Origin: Phycisphaeraceae bacterium
GTDB lineage: Bacteria > Planctomycetota > Phycisphaerae > Phycisphaerales > Phycisphaeraceae
Reading direction: 5' to 3'
Assembly (NCBI GenBank): GCA_040222855.1
Contig: JAVKCD010000019.1
Location: 230,912-294,911, forward strand
DNA: 64,000 nt
Below, in pieces: positions 1 through 8,940 of this stretch. The notes beneath the pieces were generated by a model. That model had not been told where the DNA came from, made no database searches, and saw nothing but the letters and a program-made list of their open reading frames with translations. Positions within the stretch are counted from its first letter, which is position 1. Each line of letters starts with the position of its first letter. The translations under genes and the position numbers were made by a program.

Positions 1-706
1 AGCGATCACCACGCGAGACGGTGGTGTCCTCCGAGTCCGTCATGGTCGTGGCGCCAACGAGAAGCGTGGCGATCTCACGATCGGTTTCTTCAGTGAGCGT
101 CGCCAGCGTCGAGGGTGCCAGGCGGAGAGCTCGGGGGCGACTCCAGCCGCGTGCAATAGGGGTCTGCTGCCGGAGTTCGAGGATCAGTTGGTGGTGGCGG
201 TGAGACAACTCAACGCGAACAACGTACTGGATACGTCTGGGAGCCAGCAGGTCATCGACTTCGGGCTCGGTGTTCTCCATCGAACTGGGGCGGAGAAGGG
301 TCAGGCGCCCGGACCACTCGGGTTCTGAGCGAACCGGCGAGCGTGATTCTTCGGGGCGTTTACGCGCTCGTGGCGGCCGGACGCTCAGCTCCCGGATCTG
401 CCGGGCCAGCTCTGCGGTCCCCGCGATCGAGGGCCGGCTCTGGAGGTCCACCAGGCTGGCCCAGATGTGCCTGCAGAACAAACCGTTATCAAACACCTCG
501 CACCCGCATTCAGCGATCGCCGCCCGGTCCTCCTTGCGGAGGATAACCAGGTGCTCCCCGTCATCGTTGACGAGGAACCGGACCAGTTCGGTCTCGGTCT
601 CGGGTGTTGAGCGATCCACGGCACCAGCCTGCTGAAGCTGACGGCCACGGACCCGCTCATCACTCTGAAAGAAGGGTGACCACGACGTCACCAAGGACAT
701 AAGCAT
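1..706 (-). CDS. SWIM zinc-finger protein, N-terminal part (gene continues past the left edge of the window)
   Basis: This ORF is absent from the supplied track because it has no stop inside the window. My manual minus-strand translation from ATG 698-700 (or in-frame ATG 704-706) stays open to position 1. It reads ...LVILRKEDRAAIAECGCEVFDNGLFCRHIWASL..., which fits the CxCx(n)CxH SWIM signature. The listed ORFs 270..635(+) and 385..663(-) look like compositional shadows of this gene. Confidence 0.5.
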   Translation of the reverse strand, partial: MLMSLVTSWSPFFQSDERVRGRQLQQAGAVDRSTPETETELVRFLVNDDGEHLVILRKEDRAAIAECGCEVFDNGLFCRHIWASLVDLQSRPSIAGTAELARQIRELSVRPPRARKRPEESRSPVRSEPEWSGRLTLLRPSSMENTEPEVDDLLAPRRIQYVVRVELSHRHHQLILELRQQTPIARGWSRPRALRLAPSTLATLTEETDREIATLLVGATTMTDSEDTTVSRGDR

Positions 707-802
707 TCACCCCATCGTTCGGGACAGCGGTCTCTGAGTAAGAGGAACAAGGTTATCTCGCCAGCGTGTGCGGGGCAATCCGGCTCCCCGATCCAGCCGA
801 CT

Positions 803-1660
803 TTGACCTATCCTTCGCCGGTGGCTGAACCGGTGAACTTCCTGCTTGTACTTCCCTGGCTGTTGGGCTGGGCCCTGACGCTCGTCTGGTTCTGGCGGCG
901 CGGGGTGATCGGTCCGCGGGCTCGGCTGGTGGCCTCCGCAGGACCGATCTCGCCTCTGGATGGCCTGGTCGCGATCCTGCTGGTGATCGGGGGGTCAACG
1001 GCGTTCGGTCTGGTCGTCCAGCAACTCGGCCTGAACGCGGAATCATCCAGCGACCTGACCAAGGCGTTGCTGATCCCTGCGGGTCAGTTCGCGTTTCTGG
1101 GGATCGCGGGACTCTACGGGCTGGTTGTGATGATGCAGGGGGCTAAGCACACAGCGCCGACGATCCATCACCTGGTGTTGATTACGGCAGGCGGGTGCGT
1201 CGCCACGATCACGCTTGGGCAGGGGACGGTGGTGGTGATCGCGTGGATCGGATCGTTACTGGGATTTGAAGCCCCGACGATCGCGCACAAGGGGCTGGTT
1301 GAGATCATTGCGGCTTCGGACCCACTGGTGCTGACCATCCGGCTGGCCTCGGCGTTGCTATTGGCACCGGTCTTCGAGGAACTGGTGTTTCGCGGAATTA
1401 TCCAGCGGGCGATTCACAGCGCAATCGGGAGCATCTGGCCGACGCTGATCCTGACCTCACTGTTCTTCGGGCTCGTGCACGCTTCACTCGTTCCGTTGCA
1501 GGGATTGCCCGGACTGGTTGTGCTTGGTGTTATTTTCGGTTGGCTTTACGCGCGCACCGGGCGGCTGTGGGTTGCGATCGTCGCACACGTTGTCTTCAAC
1601 GCATTCAATGTCGCGATGGCCTTCATCTTCTACGCGGCCTCAGTGCCGCCAGCTTCTTAG
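803..1660 (+). CDS. CPBP (CAAX/Abi) family intramembrane metalloprotease
   Basis: Polytopic membrane protein with the EExxxR-type motif (FEELVFRG) and the distal HxxxN motif (HVVFNAFN). The track start at 803 is TTG and the true start is uncertain. Confidence 0.8.
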   Translation: MTYPSPVAEPVNFLLVLPWLLGWALTLVWFWRRGVIGPRARLVASAGPISPLDGLVAILLVIGGSTAFGLVVQQLGLNAESSSDLTKALLIPAGQFAFLGIAGLYGLVVMMQGAKHTAPTIHHLVLITAGGCVATITLGQGTVVVIAWIGSLLGFEAPTIAHKGLVEIIAASDPLVLTIRLASALLLAPVFEELVFRGIIQRAIHSAIGSIWPTLILTSLFFGLVHASLVPLQGLPGLVVLGVIFGWLYARTGRLWVAIVAHVVFNAFNVAMAFIFYAASVPPAS

Positions 1661-1669
1661 GATGAGCCT

Positions 1670-2689
1670 ATGAACAAGACCATCGAATGGATTGGCGACG
1701 CTGACTCAGGATTCCTGCGACTCCTCGATCAGACCAGACTTCCTGGTGAGACGGTTTTTCTCGACTGTGCTGATGTTGATGCGGTCTGGCACGCGATCAA
1801 ACGACTCTCGGTGCGTGGGGCACCGGCGATCGGAATCTCTGCAGCGTATGGCTGCGTGCTCGGGGCACGCGAGGGTAAGCTCGCCGAGTCGATTGCCTAC
1901 CTCCGCACCTCGCGGCCGACGGCGGTCAATCTCTTTTGGGCCCTCGACCGCATTGAATCACTCGGTGACGCCGATGCCCACCGGGTGCTGAACGAGGCCA
2001 GGGCGATTCACGCGGAAGACGAGGCGATGTGCCAGCGTATCGGCGAGCACACCCTCGATATCCTCCAGAAGCTGACCGGTCAGAACCAGGATCGAGACCT
2101 GCGGCTGATTACCCATTGCAACACCGGTCGGCTGGCCACGGGTGGGATCGGAACCGCCGTCGCCGGGGCCTATCTGGCCAAGCAGGCAGGCCGGAACGTG
2201 GTGGTCTTCGCTGACGAGACTCGCCCGCTGCTGCAAGGCGCACGACTGACGGCGTATGAGCTGGGCGAAGCGGGCATCGACGTTCGGGTTGGTTGTGATG
2301 GAGCCGCCAGCGAGGTCATGCGGTGCGGGATGGTCGATGCGGCAATCGTGGGCGCTGATCGCATCGCCGCCAACGGCGACACGGCCAACAAGGTCGGCAC
2401 CTGCGGACTCGCCGCTCTGGCGCGACACCACGGTATCCCTTTCCTGGTTGCAGCGCCAGTGACGACCTTCGATCTCAAGACCGCCAGCGGAGCCGAGATC
2501 CCGATCGAACAGCGAGCCGGAGAAGAAGTCACCGAGGGGATGGGACGACGAACCGCGCCACCGGGTGTCGCTGTCTTCAACCCGGCTTTCGACATCACAC
2601 CCGCTGAGTTGATCACGGCGATCGTGACCGATCGTGGCGTTATCTCGCCCGTGAACGAAGTCGAAGTACGCCAACTCATCGGGGATTAA
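1670..2689 (+). CDS. mtnA: S-methyl-5-thioribose-1-phosphate isomerase
   Basis: The N-terminus (LRLLDQTRLPGE...VRGAPAIGISAAYG) and the core (TRPLLQGARLTAYEL, GADRIAANGDTANKVGT) are typical of the eIF-2B/MtnA family. The length of 339 aa also fits. Confidence 0.9.
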   Translation: MNKTIEWIGDADSGFLRLLDQTRLPGETVFLDCADVDAVWHAIKRLSVRGAPAIGISAAYGCVLGAREGKLAESIAYLRTSRPTAVNLFWALDRIESLGDADAHRVLNEARAIHAEDEAMCQRIGEHTLDILQKLTGQNQDRDLRLITHCNTGRLATGGIGTAVAGAYLAKQAGRNVVVFADETRPLLQGARLTAYELGEAGIDVRVGCDGAASEVMRCGMVDAAIVGADRIAANGDTANKVGTCGLAALARHHGIPFLVAAPVTTFDLKTASGAEIPIEQRAGEEVTEGMGRRTAPPGVAVFNPAFDITPAELITAIVTDRGVISPVNEVEVRQLIGD

Positions 2690-2721
2690 CTCATCACGAC
2701 ACCTCGATGAGACAGCGCCCT

Positions 2722-3207
2722 TCAGTCTCTCTCGCGCAGCGCGTGACAACCATCCCGCGCTTTTTCAAGGAGACGACTCAGCCGCTGGAGTTCGTTGTCG
2801 GAGAGCTGCCCGAGTTGCCTGTGGTGAATCTCGGTTTTCGACGCTTCAAGTTTATTCAGCAGGTCAAGGCCCTTGCGGGTGATGGACACCAGCACCAGCC
2901 GCCTGTCCTCTTCGGTGCGGTGACGCGCTGCAAAGCCATCATTGACCAGGCGATCGACCAGGCGCGTGACGTCCGGCACGCGGGCGACCAGTTGCTCGCC
3001 GATGTCCTGAGACGGAACCGGATCGGGGTGATGCCCACGGAGGATGCGCAGCGCGTTGTAAGTCGATTCGGACAGCCCCACGGACTTGAACAGCCTGCGA
3101 AACGCCTCCGAGAGCGTGTGATGGGTGCGGACTAGGTTGAGGTAGGCCTCCTCCGCGGGGTCATCGAAGGGACGCTTCTTGCCGATCTCGTCTTGCAGCC
3201 GCGCCAT
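2722..3207 (-). CDS. MarR family transcriptional regulator
   Basis: Winged-helix MarR pattern (LSESTYNALRIL...SQDIGEQLVARVPDVTRLVDRLVNDGF..R.R...DRRLVLVSITRKG). I chose the internal ATG at 3205-3207 (MARLQDE...) rather than the track start at 3273. Confidence 0.85.
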   Translation of the reverse strand: MARLQDEIGKKRPFDDPAEEAYLNLVRTHHTLSEAFRRLFKSVGLSESTYNALRILRGHHPDPVPSQDIGEQLVARVPDVTRLVDRLVNDGFAARHRTEEDRRLVLVSITRKGLDLLNKLEASKTEIHHRQLGQLSDNELQRLSRLLEKARDGCHALRERD

Positions 3208-3320
3208 AGCTCTTCCTCTCGTTGAAACAGGTCTCGATGAAATGATATGCATCAACGATATCTGTATCAACAAGTATCGGCTGCACTTCGCTCAAGCCCC
3301 GTGATTCGTATGCTGCTCGG

Positions 3321-4301
3321 ATGAGTGAGCCACCCGCCGCCACCGCCCCCCTGCCGCCCCGCGAGCCGATGATCGCCTTCGAGGCGAGTTATCGCGGCAA
3401 AGTCCGCGATCTCTATCGGGTTCAGCTGACCGATGGACGGCGAGCGGTGATGCTGGTCGCGACCGACCGCCTCTCGGCGTTCGATGTCGTCCTTCCCGAT
3501 CCGATCCCCGGACGCGGGATCATCCTGACGCAACTCACACGCTTCTGGCTCAACAAAATCGAACGCGAACTCGATGACGCCCCCGACCATCACCTGCTCA
3601 CCACCGATCCAAACGATGTCGAGGGTCTTAGCACAGACGACGCCGAGAAACTCCGTGGCCGCGTGACCCTCGGTCGCCCCTGCCGGACGATCCCGATCGA
3701 GTGCGTCGCCCGAGGCTATCTCGCCGGCTCGGGCTGGAAGAGTTATCAGCACGACCGGACCGTCTGTGGCGTGACACTCCCCGACGGCCTCCGCCTGGGT
3801 GATCGTCTGCCCGAACCGATCTTCACGCCCGCCACCAAAGCGGAGACCGGCCACGATGAGAACATCAGTTTCGATCAGGCCGTTGAAATCGTGGGCGGCG
3901 AGCGTGCAACTTGGCTGCGCGACACCACCCTGAACCTCTACCGTTTTATCGCTGCACACGCGGAGGCCCGCGGCCTCCTGCTGGCGGACACCAAGTTCGA
4001 GTTCGGCCTGCCACTGGATGAGCAGGACCATCCGATCGAGTCGGCGACGCCCATCCTGATCGATGAGGTCGCCACGCCCGACAGCTCGCGCTACTGGCCG
4101 GCGCAGGGCCACGAGCCGGGTCGTGAACCGGCGAGCTTCGACAAGCAGATTGTTCGCAATGCACTGGAAGCGATCGCCGCGCGGGGTGAATGGAACAAGA
4201 CCCACCCCGGGCCACGACTGCCGAGCGACGTACTCGACCAGACCGCCCAGCAGTACCGGCTCGTCTACGAACGACTGACCGGCTCAACAGCCCCCGCCTG
4301 A
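3321..4301 (+). CDS. purC: Phosphoribosylaminoimidazole-succinocarboxamide (SAICAR) synthase
   Basis: YRGKVRDLY...LVATDRLSAFDVVLPDPIPGRG and ADTKFEFG motifs of long-form PurC. Confidence 0.92.
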   Translation: MSEPPAATAPLPPREPMIAFEASYRGKVRDLYRVQLTDGRRAVMLVATDRLSAFDVVLPDPIPGRGIILTQLTRFWLNKIERELDDAPDHHLLTTDPNDVEGLSTDDAEKLRGRVTLGRPCRTIPIECVARGYLAGSGWKSYQHDRTVCGVTLPDGLRLGDRLPEPIFTPATKAETGHDENISFDQAVEIVGGERATWLRDTTLNLYRFIAAHAEARGLLLADTKFEFGLPLDEQDHPIESATPILIDEVATPDSSRYWPAQGHEPGREPASFDKQIVRNALEAIAARGEWNKTHPGPRLPSDVLDQTAQQYRLVYERLTGSTAPA

Positions 4302-4442
4302 GTCGTTGGGGGCATCAACCGCCCAGATTCTCATATTCAGCAGACCTCAAGGCCGTTCGGCATGAAGTCCGAAATCATGATTGTGACCTGAGGCGAGCGC
4401 GGGTATGCTTGCTCTTCCTGACCAGCACGGGCTGGATGACCT

Positions 4443-4516
4443 CGGGGTGTAGCTCAGCTTGGTAGAGCGCTTCGTTCGGGACGAAGAGGCCGCAGGTTCA
4501 AATCCTGTCACCCCGA
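4443..4516 (+). tRNA. tRNA-Pro (anticodon CGG)
   Basis: A 74-nt cloverleaf folded by hand. The acceptor arm cggggtg pairs with caccccg, the D arm is gctc/gagc, and the anticodon stem is cttcg/cgaag with loop ttCGGga. The T arm is gcagg/cctgt with loop ttcaaat, and the discriminator is A. Confidence 0.85.
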
Positions 4517-4528
4517 TTCACGTCTGAT

Positions 4529-5803
4529 TCACCCCCGCGACATCTGTATTCGCCAGAAACCAAGCCCCACAATCGCGTACACCCCGACCGGCTCGGGAAG
4601 ATTCGTCGGCGACCCGACGCCGAAGCTCATGGCGAGTTGTGACAGGTCGATCAGATCCACCAGGCCATCGGCGTTGAAATCGGCATCAGCCCAGCCATCA
4701 GCCGAGCCACCAAACCCACTCGCCAGGATGCTCAGGTCGATCAGGTCCACCGCCAGGTCGAGGTTGGCGTCGCCGCGTGCGCTCCCGGCGAGCACCAGCC
4801 ACGCGTCCACGTCCGCCGAAGTCACCAGCCCGCTGCTATTGAGGTCGAGCAACGGGTTCGCCGAGCCAAACCCCGCCGCGATCAGGTCGATGTCCGCCGC
4901 GGTGAGCAGGCCGTCACCATCGATGTCGCCGGGCAGCCCCAACGGGACGTAATCATCGATCCAGTCGAGGAACGCCGAGACGCGCGTCAGCCCGCTCAGG
5001 TCGCCATACCCGCTGAAGATGCCGTCGAACGACAGGCCGACCGACACCACACCCGCGACGTGGGGGACACCGTCGATGTCGATGTACCCCGGCCCGCCGG
5101 AGTCGCCGATCGCGCTGAGGCCTTCAAACGCCGTGGGCGTCCCCAGCCCCGTCGGATTCGACGCCGAGGTACCCGGCACCGGATCGAAATCCATGAACAT
5201 CACCGAGGCCTGGTACGCCGAGAGATTAAACGGGCTCGCCGGCTCCCCGCCGAACACATCGACGGTGTTGGTGACCGCTGAGGGCACACCGTTGCTGTTG
5301 ACCAGACCACCCGAAAAACCATTCCCAAACTGACCGTACCCGACGATCGTGATCTGCTCCCCAAGCTCCGCGCCATCATTCATAAACAGCGGCGCTGGCG
5401 TGATCCCGACCAACGGCGCATCCAGATGGATCAGCCCGATGTCGAGATTGAACGCCGACGCGAACGGGTTGAACCCCGGAAAAGGAATCCACGCGCTCGC
5501 CGAAGCGACGACCGGGGCGCCGTTGTCCCGATCGGTGAAGCTCAGGTCGATCGCCGTGATCGTCGGCGACGTCAGAGGGTGGGCCGCCGTCAGCACCCAC
5601 TCAGGGTGAATCAGTACGCCGGAGGCCAGCGCGTTGCCCAGCGCAGGATTTGTGATGCTTAGCTGCCCGGCCGACTCATAACCCACCCCCGCCGCGAGCC
5701 CGCGGACATCGGCCAGTTGTAGGTCATGCCGGTAGGTCACCGCCATCGACGCCGGCGTGACGGTCAACACGGAACACAGAGCAAGGATCGACGACGCACG
5801 CAT
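4529..5803 (-). CDS. Secreted trypsin-like (S1) serine protease with dockerin-like repeats and a PEP-CTERM anchor
   Basis: Signal peptide, a His motif (VLTAAH), a catalytic Ser motif (GDSGGP), a C-terminal D-x-D-x-DG repeat module ([59 protein letters not shown]) and LPEP + TM + basic tail. Confidence 0.8.
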   Translation of the reverse strand: MRASSILALCSVLTVTPASMAVTYRHDLQLADVRGLAAGVGYESAGQLSITNPALGNALASGVLIHPEWVLTAAHPLTSPTITAIDLSFTDRDNGAPVVASASAWIPFPGFNPFASAFNLDIGLIHLDAPLVGITPAPLFMNDGAELGEQITIVGYGQFGNGFSGGLVNSNGVPSAVTNTVDVFGGEPASPFNLSAYQASVMFMDFDPVPGTSASNPTGLGTPTAFEGLSAIGDSGGPGYIDIDGVPHVAGVVSVGLSFDGIFSGYGDLSGLTRVSAFLDWIDDYVPLGLPGDIDGDGLLTAADIDLIAAGFGSANPLLDLNSSGLVTSADVDAWLVLAGSARGDANLDLAVDLIDLSILASGFGGSADGWADADFNADGLVDLIDLSQLAMSFGVGSPTNLPEPVGVYAIVGLGFWRIQMSRG

Positions 5804-5830
5804 GTCTCTCTCCGCTCCAAAGACCCGGAA

Positions 5831-6721
5831 TCAGTTGCCCGCAATAAAGTACTGCTCGAGCGTTTCACCACGGGTATCTAGCCAGCTATAAAGATCCGCG
5901 ATCCCGCGGACATTCGTCGGGTCATCTCTGAAAACCTGATTAAACGAAAGAAAGCTCCCGCTTCCATCACCGTACGCCACATTCACACCCTTGCCCTTGT
6001 GCGCTCCGAGACTGTCATTGAACTGATGCTGACACCAGGACAGCGCCAAAGCCGCGTTGTCGCTGAATCGCAGTGAGCCGAAGTAAACATTCTTCTCGTT
6101 GACGCCCTGAGATGCCGCGTATCCCGACTTCTGCTCTTTCGATACCATCTCAGACCGGTTCGCATAGGTGCCAAGCCCCACCCGCTTGCCGGGATTGAAC
6201 CCCAGCGTCCCCCAGTTCTGAGCGCCGAAGTTCTCATCCGCCTCCGTGACCTGCCTGGCCTCACCCGAGCCACCAAAGGCGCTGACCTCTGCGACCGCAG
6301 GCTCAGGACAGAAGAAAAACTCAAGGTCCCCGATGTACTGCTCCTCGTACAGAATTCCGTGCCCCGAAGGACCGCCCACGTTCCAGAGAAAGACGCCCCC
6401 AACCTGCGTACTCCCGGGAAGATCCCGGTCTGCTGAATAGACGTTCAATGTGTACCCCCCAAAGGTCACGTTATAAGTCCGTGGCTGAGTATCCAGTGGC
6501 GGCACCGTCGCCACAAACATTTTATCGTTGTAGTCCACCGCATAAGCATTTCGTGCGATCGCAACCTGCCGCTGATTCGACAGGCACTGAATCGACCGCG
6601 CACTGTCACGCGCCGCGCCCAACGCCGGCAGCAGAATCCCGATCAACAGGGCGATGATCGAGATCACCACCAGCAGTTCGATCAGTGTGAAGCCTCGGCC
6701 AACATGAGATCGATGGTCCAT
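5831..6721 (-). CDS. Prepilin-type N-terminal cleavage/methylation domain protein (DUF1559-like)
   Basis: [34 protein letters not shown]-terminus and a C-terminal ...NVAYGDGS... motif. I took the start at ATG 6719-6721 ([15 protein letters not shown]); the track ORF extends to 6763. Confidence 0.85.
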   Translation of the reverse strand: MDHRSHVGRGFTLIELLVVISIIALLIGILLPALGAARDSARSIQCLSNQRQVAIARNAYAVDYNDKMFVATVPPLDTQPRTYNVTFGGYTLNVYSADRDLPGSTQVGGVFLWNVGGPSGHGILYEEQYIGDLEFFFCPEPAVAEVSAFGGSGEARQVTEADENFGAQNWGTLGFNPGKRVGLGTYANRSEMVSKEQKSGYAASQGVNEKNVYFGSLRFSDNAALALSWCQHQFNDSLGAHKGKGVNVAYGDGSGSFLSFNQVFRDDPTNVRGIADLYSWLDTRGETLEQYFIAGN

Positions 6722-6759
6722 GACAGAGTCCTTGCCGTCTGGGTAATTACAGACAGTCA

Positions 6760-7839
6760 TCATGCCCGCCGACGCAACGCGGCCAGCACACCGAGCCCGA
6801 GCAAGGTCACCCCCGCTGGTTCCGGAGCCGCGGCCGTCGAGCCGAAGTTGCTCGCCAGCGTCGAGAGATCGATCAGATCAACCGCGCCATCGAGATTAAA
6901 GTCCCCCTGATCCCAGAACGCGCCGGAAGTTGTGCCGAAGTTCGACGCCAGCGTCGAGAGATCAATCAGATCAACCGAGAAATCCAAGTTCGCGTCCCCG
7001 CCGAACGTCCCGTAGGCATCGGTCACCCACAGCAACGCGTCCTCCACCGTGATATCCCCATCCGTGTTGAAGTCATCCTCGCCCAGCGGATCATTCCCAA
7101 TGATCGAAACCATGTACTGCAGATCACTCAACCCTAGCGAAGAGCTGGCGTCAAAGTCTCCCCGCTGGAGGCTTGTCACCGTCTCACCCGCGAGGAGCGG
7201 CCGGCCATGCTCAGTCTCATACGCCCACTGCGTAATGATGAACTCGCCCAGACCGTTGCCGGTCGGCGGAGTGTTGATCTGGAACTCGATCCAGCCATAG
7301 CGAAGCATCCGATTGCCGAACGCATCATTTTCGCCCTGGAAAGACACTCCGATCTTCGCCGTCAGTGACTCACCATCCGGAACATAGAACTCACCGGTCT
7401 GCTCACCTCGCAGCGCCAGAGTCCCACGGAAGTCCGTACCAATAGTCCCGACCGTCAGCGGGCTGATCGCGTCGCCATTCTCCAACTTCGACACCATCGG
7501 GTAGGTCTCGGTCTGCTCGCTGCTCGTGCCAGCAAAATACGTAACTTCCTCGACCGTACCGTTGAGCACGACGGTTCCAGGAAAGCCCCGAATCGCGACG
7601 CTGTAATAGGTCGAAAAATCGGGCGCAAACCAGTGATTGACAAATACATCCCAAGGTGGCGTACCCCCCAACTCAGGATCGAAGAGCGGGAAGCCATCCA
7701 TCTCGAGCTGCTGGGTGAAGCCGGGCATCACCGCGATCGGCTCTTCAAGCACCACATGATCGATCTCGGCAAATGTCGATCCAGCACCGAGCGCAGTAGC
7801 CAAAACCACGCCCAAAAACACAGAAGGACGCATCAACAT
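6760..7839 (-). CDS. Secreted protein of unknown function with dockerin-like repeats and a PEP-CTERM anchor
   Basis: Signal peptide from ATG 7837-7839 ([24 protein letters not shown]). It has an internal YGWIEF...[10 protein letters not shown] signature, two GD(A/F)[17 protein letters not shown] repeats, and [22 protein letters not shown]. Confidence 0.75.
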   Translation of the reverse strand: MLMRPSVFLGVVLATALGAGSTFAEIDHVVLEEPIAVMPGFTQQLEMDGFPLFDPELGGTPPWDVFVNHWFAPDFSTYYSVAIRGFPGTVVLNGTVEEVTYFAGTSSEQTETYPMVSKLENGDAISPLTVGTIGTDFRGTLALRGEQTGEFYVPDGESLTAKIGVSFQGENDAFGNRMLRYGWIEFQINTPPTGNGLGEFIITQWAYETEHGRPLLAGETVTSLQRGDFDASSSLGLSDLQYMVSIIGNDPLGEDDFNTDGDITVEDALLWVTDAYGTFGGDANLDFSVDLIDLSTLASNFGTTSGAFWDQGDFNLDGAVDLIDLSTLASNFGSTAAAPEPAGVTLLGLGVLAALRRRA

Positions 7840-8216
7840 GATGAGGGTTCTCCAGACCCGGTCACCCGCACACACGGCTCCGGGTTTCTAGTGGATAGCA
7901 GGCCGAGAACGCTTACTACTTAGCGGCTCGTAGCACTGCGAGTATACCCCCGGATTGATGCCAATCCAGCGCATGACCTCATAACGATGACCCAGCCCGA
8001 ATCTTATAGAAGAATGGGCGGTTCGATGGCATTCTCTCACTTACCGCTCTTGCCCGGGTTCAACCGCAACGTGGGCAGTCGAGCCAAAACCGCTCAGATT
8101 CCCTTCTGCTGGCCCTTGACCGGGAAACGAACGGGCGTCATTCTTAGCTACCCGCAGCAGCGACCTATCGTGCTGCGCCACCGCCTGCCCACCCCTTCGA
8201 AGAGGAGAAACCGACC

Positions 8217-8849
8217 ATGTCCCATCGTGACAGCGATCACGCCCTGCAGAACCGCCTGATGACCTATTCCCTCGCCGCTGGTGCCTCGGCTCTTGGCCTT
8301 GCCGGTCAGAGCGCCGACGCTCAGATCGTCTACTCCGGCGTCCAGGACATCGCCATCAGCCAGTCCAGCTCGCAGGACCTCAACCTCGACGGCGACGCCT
8401 ACAACGACATCCTGCTCAAGAACTACGTCTTCGGCGGGAACTACCAGGGAGCCACCGTCAACTTCTTCCCCGGCAAGGTCGTCGGCTTCTTCTCCGGTCT
8501 CGCTTACGCCAGCGCCCTCTCGGCAGGCGACCCGATCGACGCAGCCGCCACCGCAGGCGGTCCCTTCGCCGTCTCGCTGGCCTATGCCAACAACCCCAAC
8601 TCGGAGTTCGACAACGCCACCAGCGCTTACATCGGCCTCGAGTTCCCGATCAACGCCACAAGCCACTTCGGCTGGATCCGCGTAACGATCGACAATGCCG
8701 CAGGCACCTTCGTCATCAACGACTGGGCCTACGAGAGCACCCCGGGCGCTGGCATCGCCGCCGGTGCCATCCCCGAGCCCGGTGCCCTTGGCCTGCTCGC
8801 CGCCGGTGCCTTGGGTCTGGCTGGCTACCGAGGTCGCCGCACGGCCTGA
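8217..8849 (+). CDS. PEP-CTERM sorting-domain protein of unknown function
   Basis: GAGGAG Shine-Dalgarno 8-13 nt upstream, a signal peptide, an FGWIRV...FVINDWAYESTPG signature and an IPEPGALGLLAAGALGLAGYRGRRTA tail. Confidence 0.8.
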   Translation: MSHRDSDHALQNRLMTYSLAAGASALGLAGQSADAQIVYSGVQDIAISQSSSQDLNLDGDAYNDILLKNYVFGGNYQGATVNFFPGKVVGFFSGLAYASALSAGDPIDAAATAGGPFAVSLAYANNPNSEFDNATSAYIGLEFPINATSHFGWIRVTIDNAAGTFVINDWAYESTPGAGIAAGAIPEPGALGLLAAGALGLAGYRGRRTA

Positions 8850-8878
8850 TCAGGCTCGATAACCCTTGCTTTTCTGAC

Positions 8879-8904
8879 ACGGCCCCGGCTTCCCCCGGGG
8901 CCGT
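8879..8904 (+). terminator. GC-rich hairpin downstream of the PEP-CTERM gene (putative intrinsic terminator)
   Basis: acggccccgg (8879-8888) pairs perfectly with ccggggccgt (8895-8904) around a 6-nt loop. It is followed by the T-rich tgtcgtttgtcg. Confidence 0.5.
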
Positions 8905-8940
8905 TGTCGTTTGTCGCTCAACCCTGCCGATGACCCTGAC

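Noticed and set aside
4443-4516. tRNA-Pro as the attachment site of a mobile genomic island
   Set aside because: I saw no integrase, no duplicated tRNA 3' end and no mobility genes in the following 30 kb. I kept this only as a low-interest note about the boundary, not as a mobile-element call.
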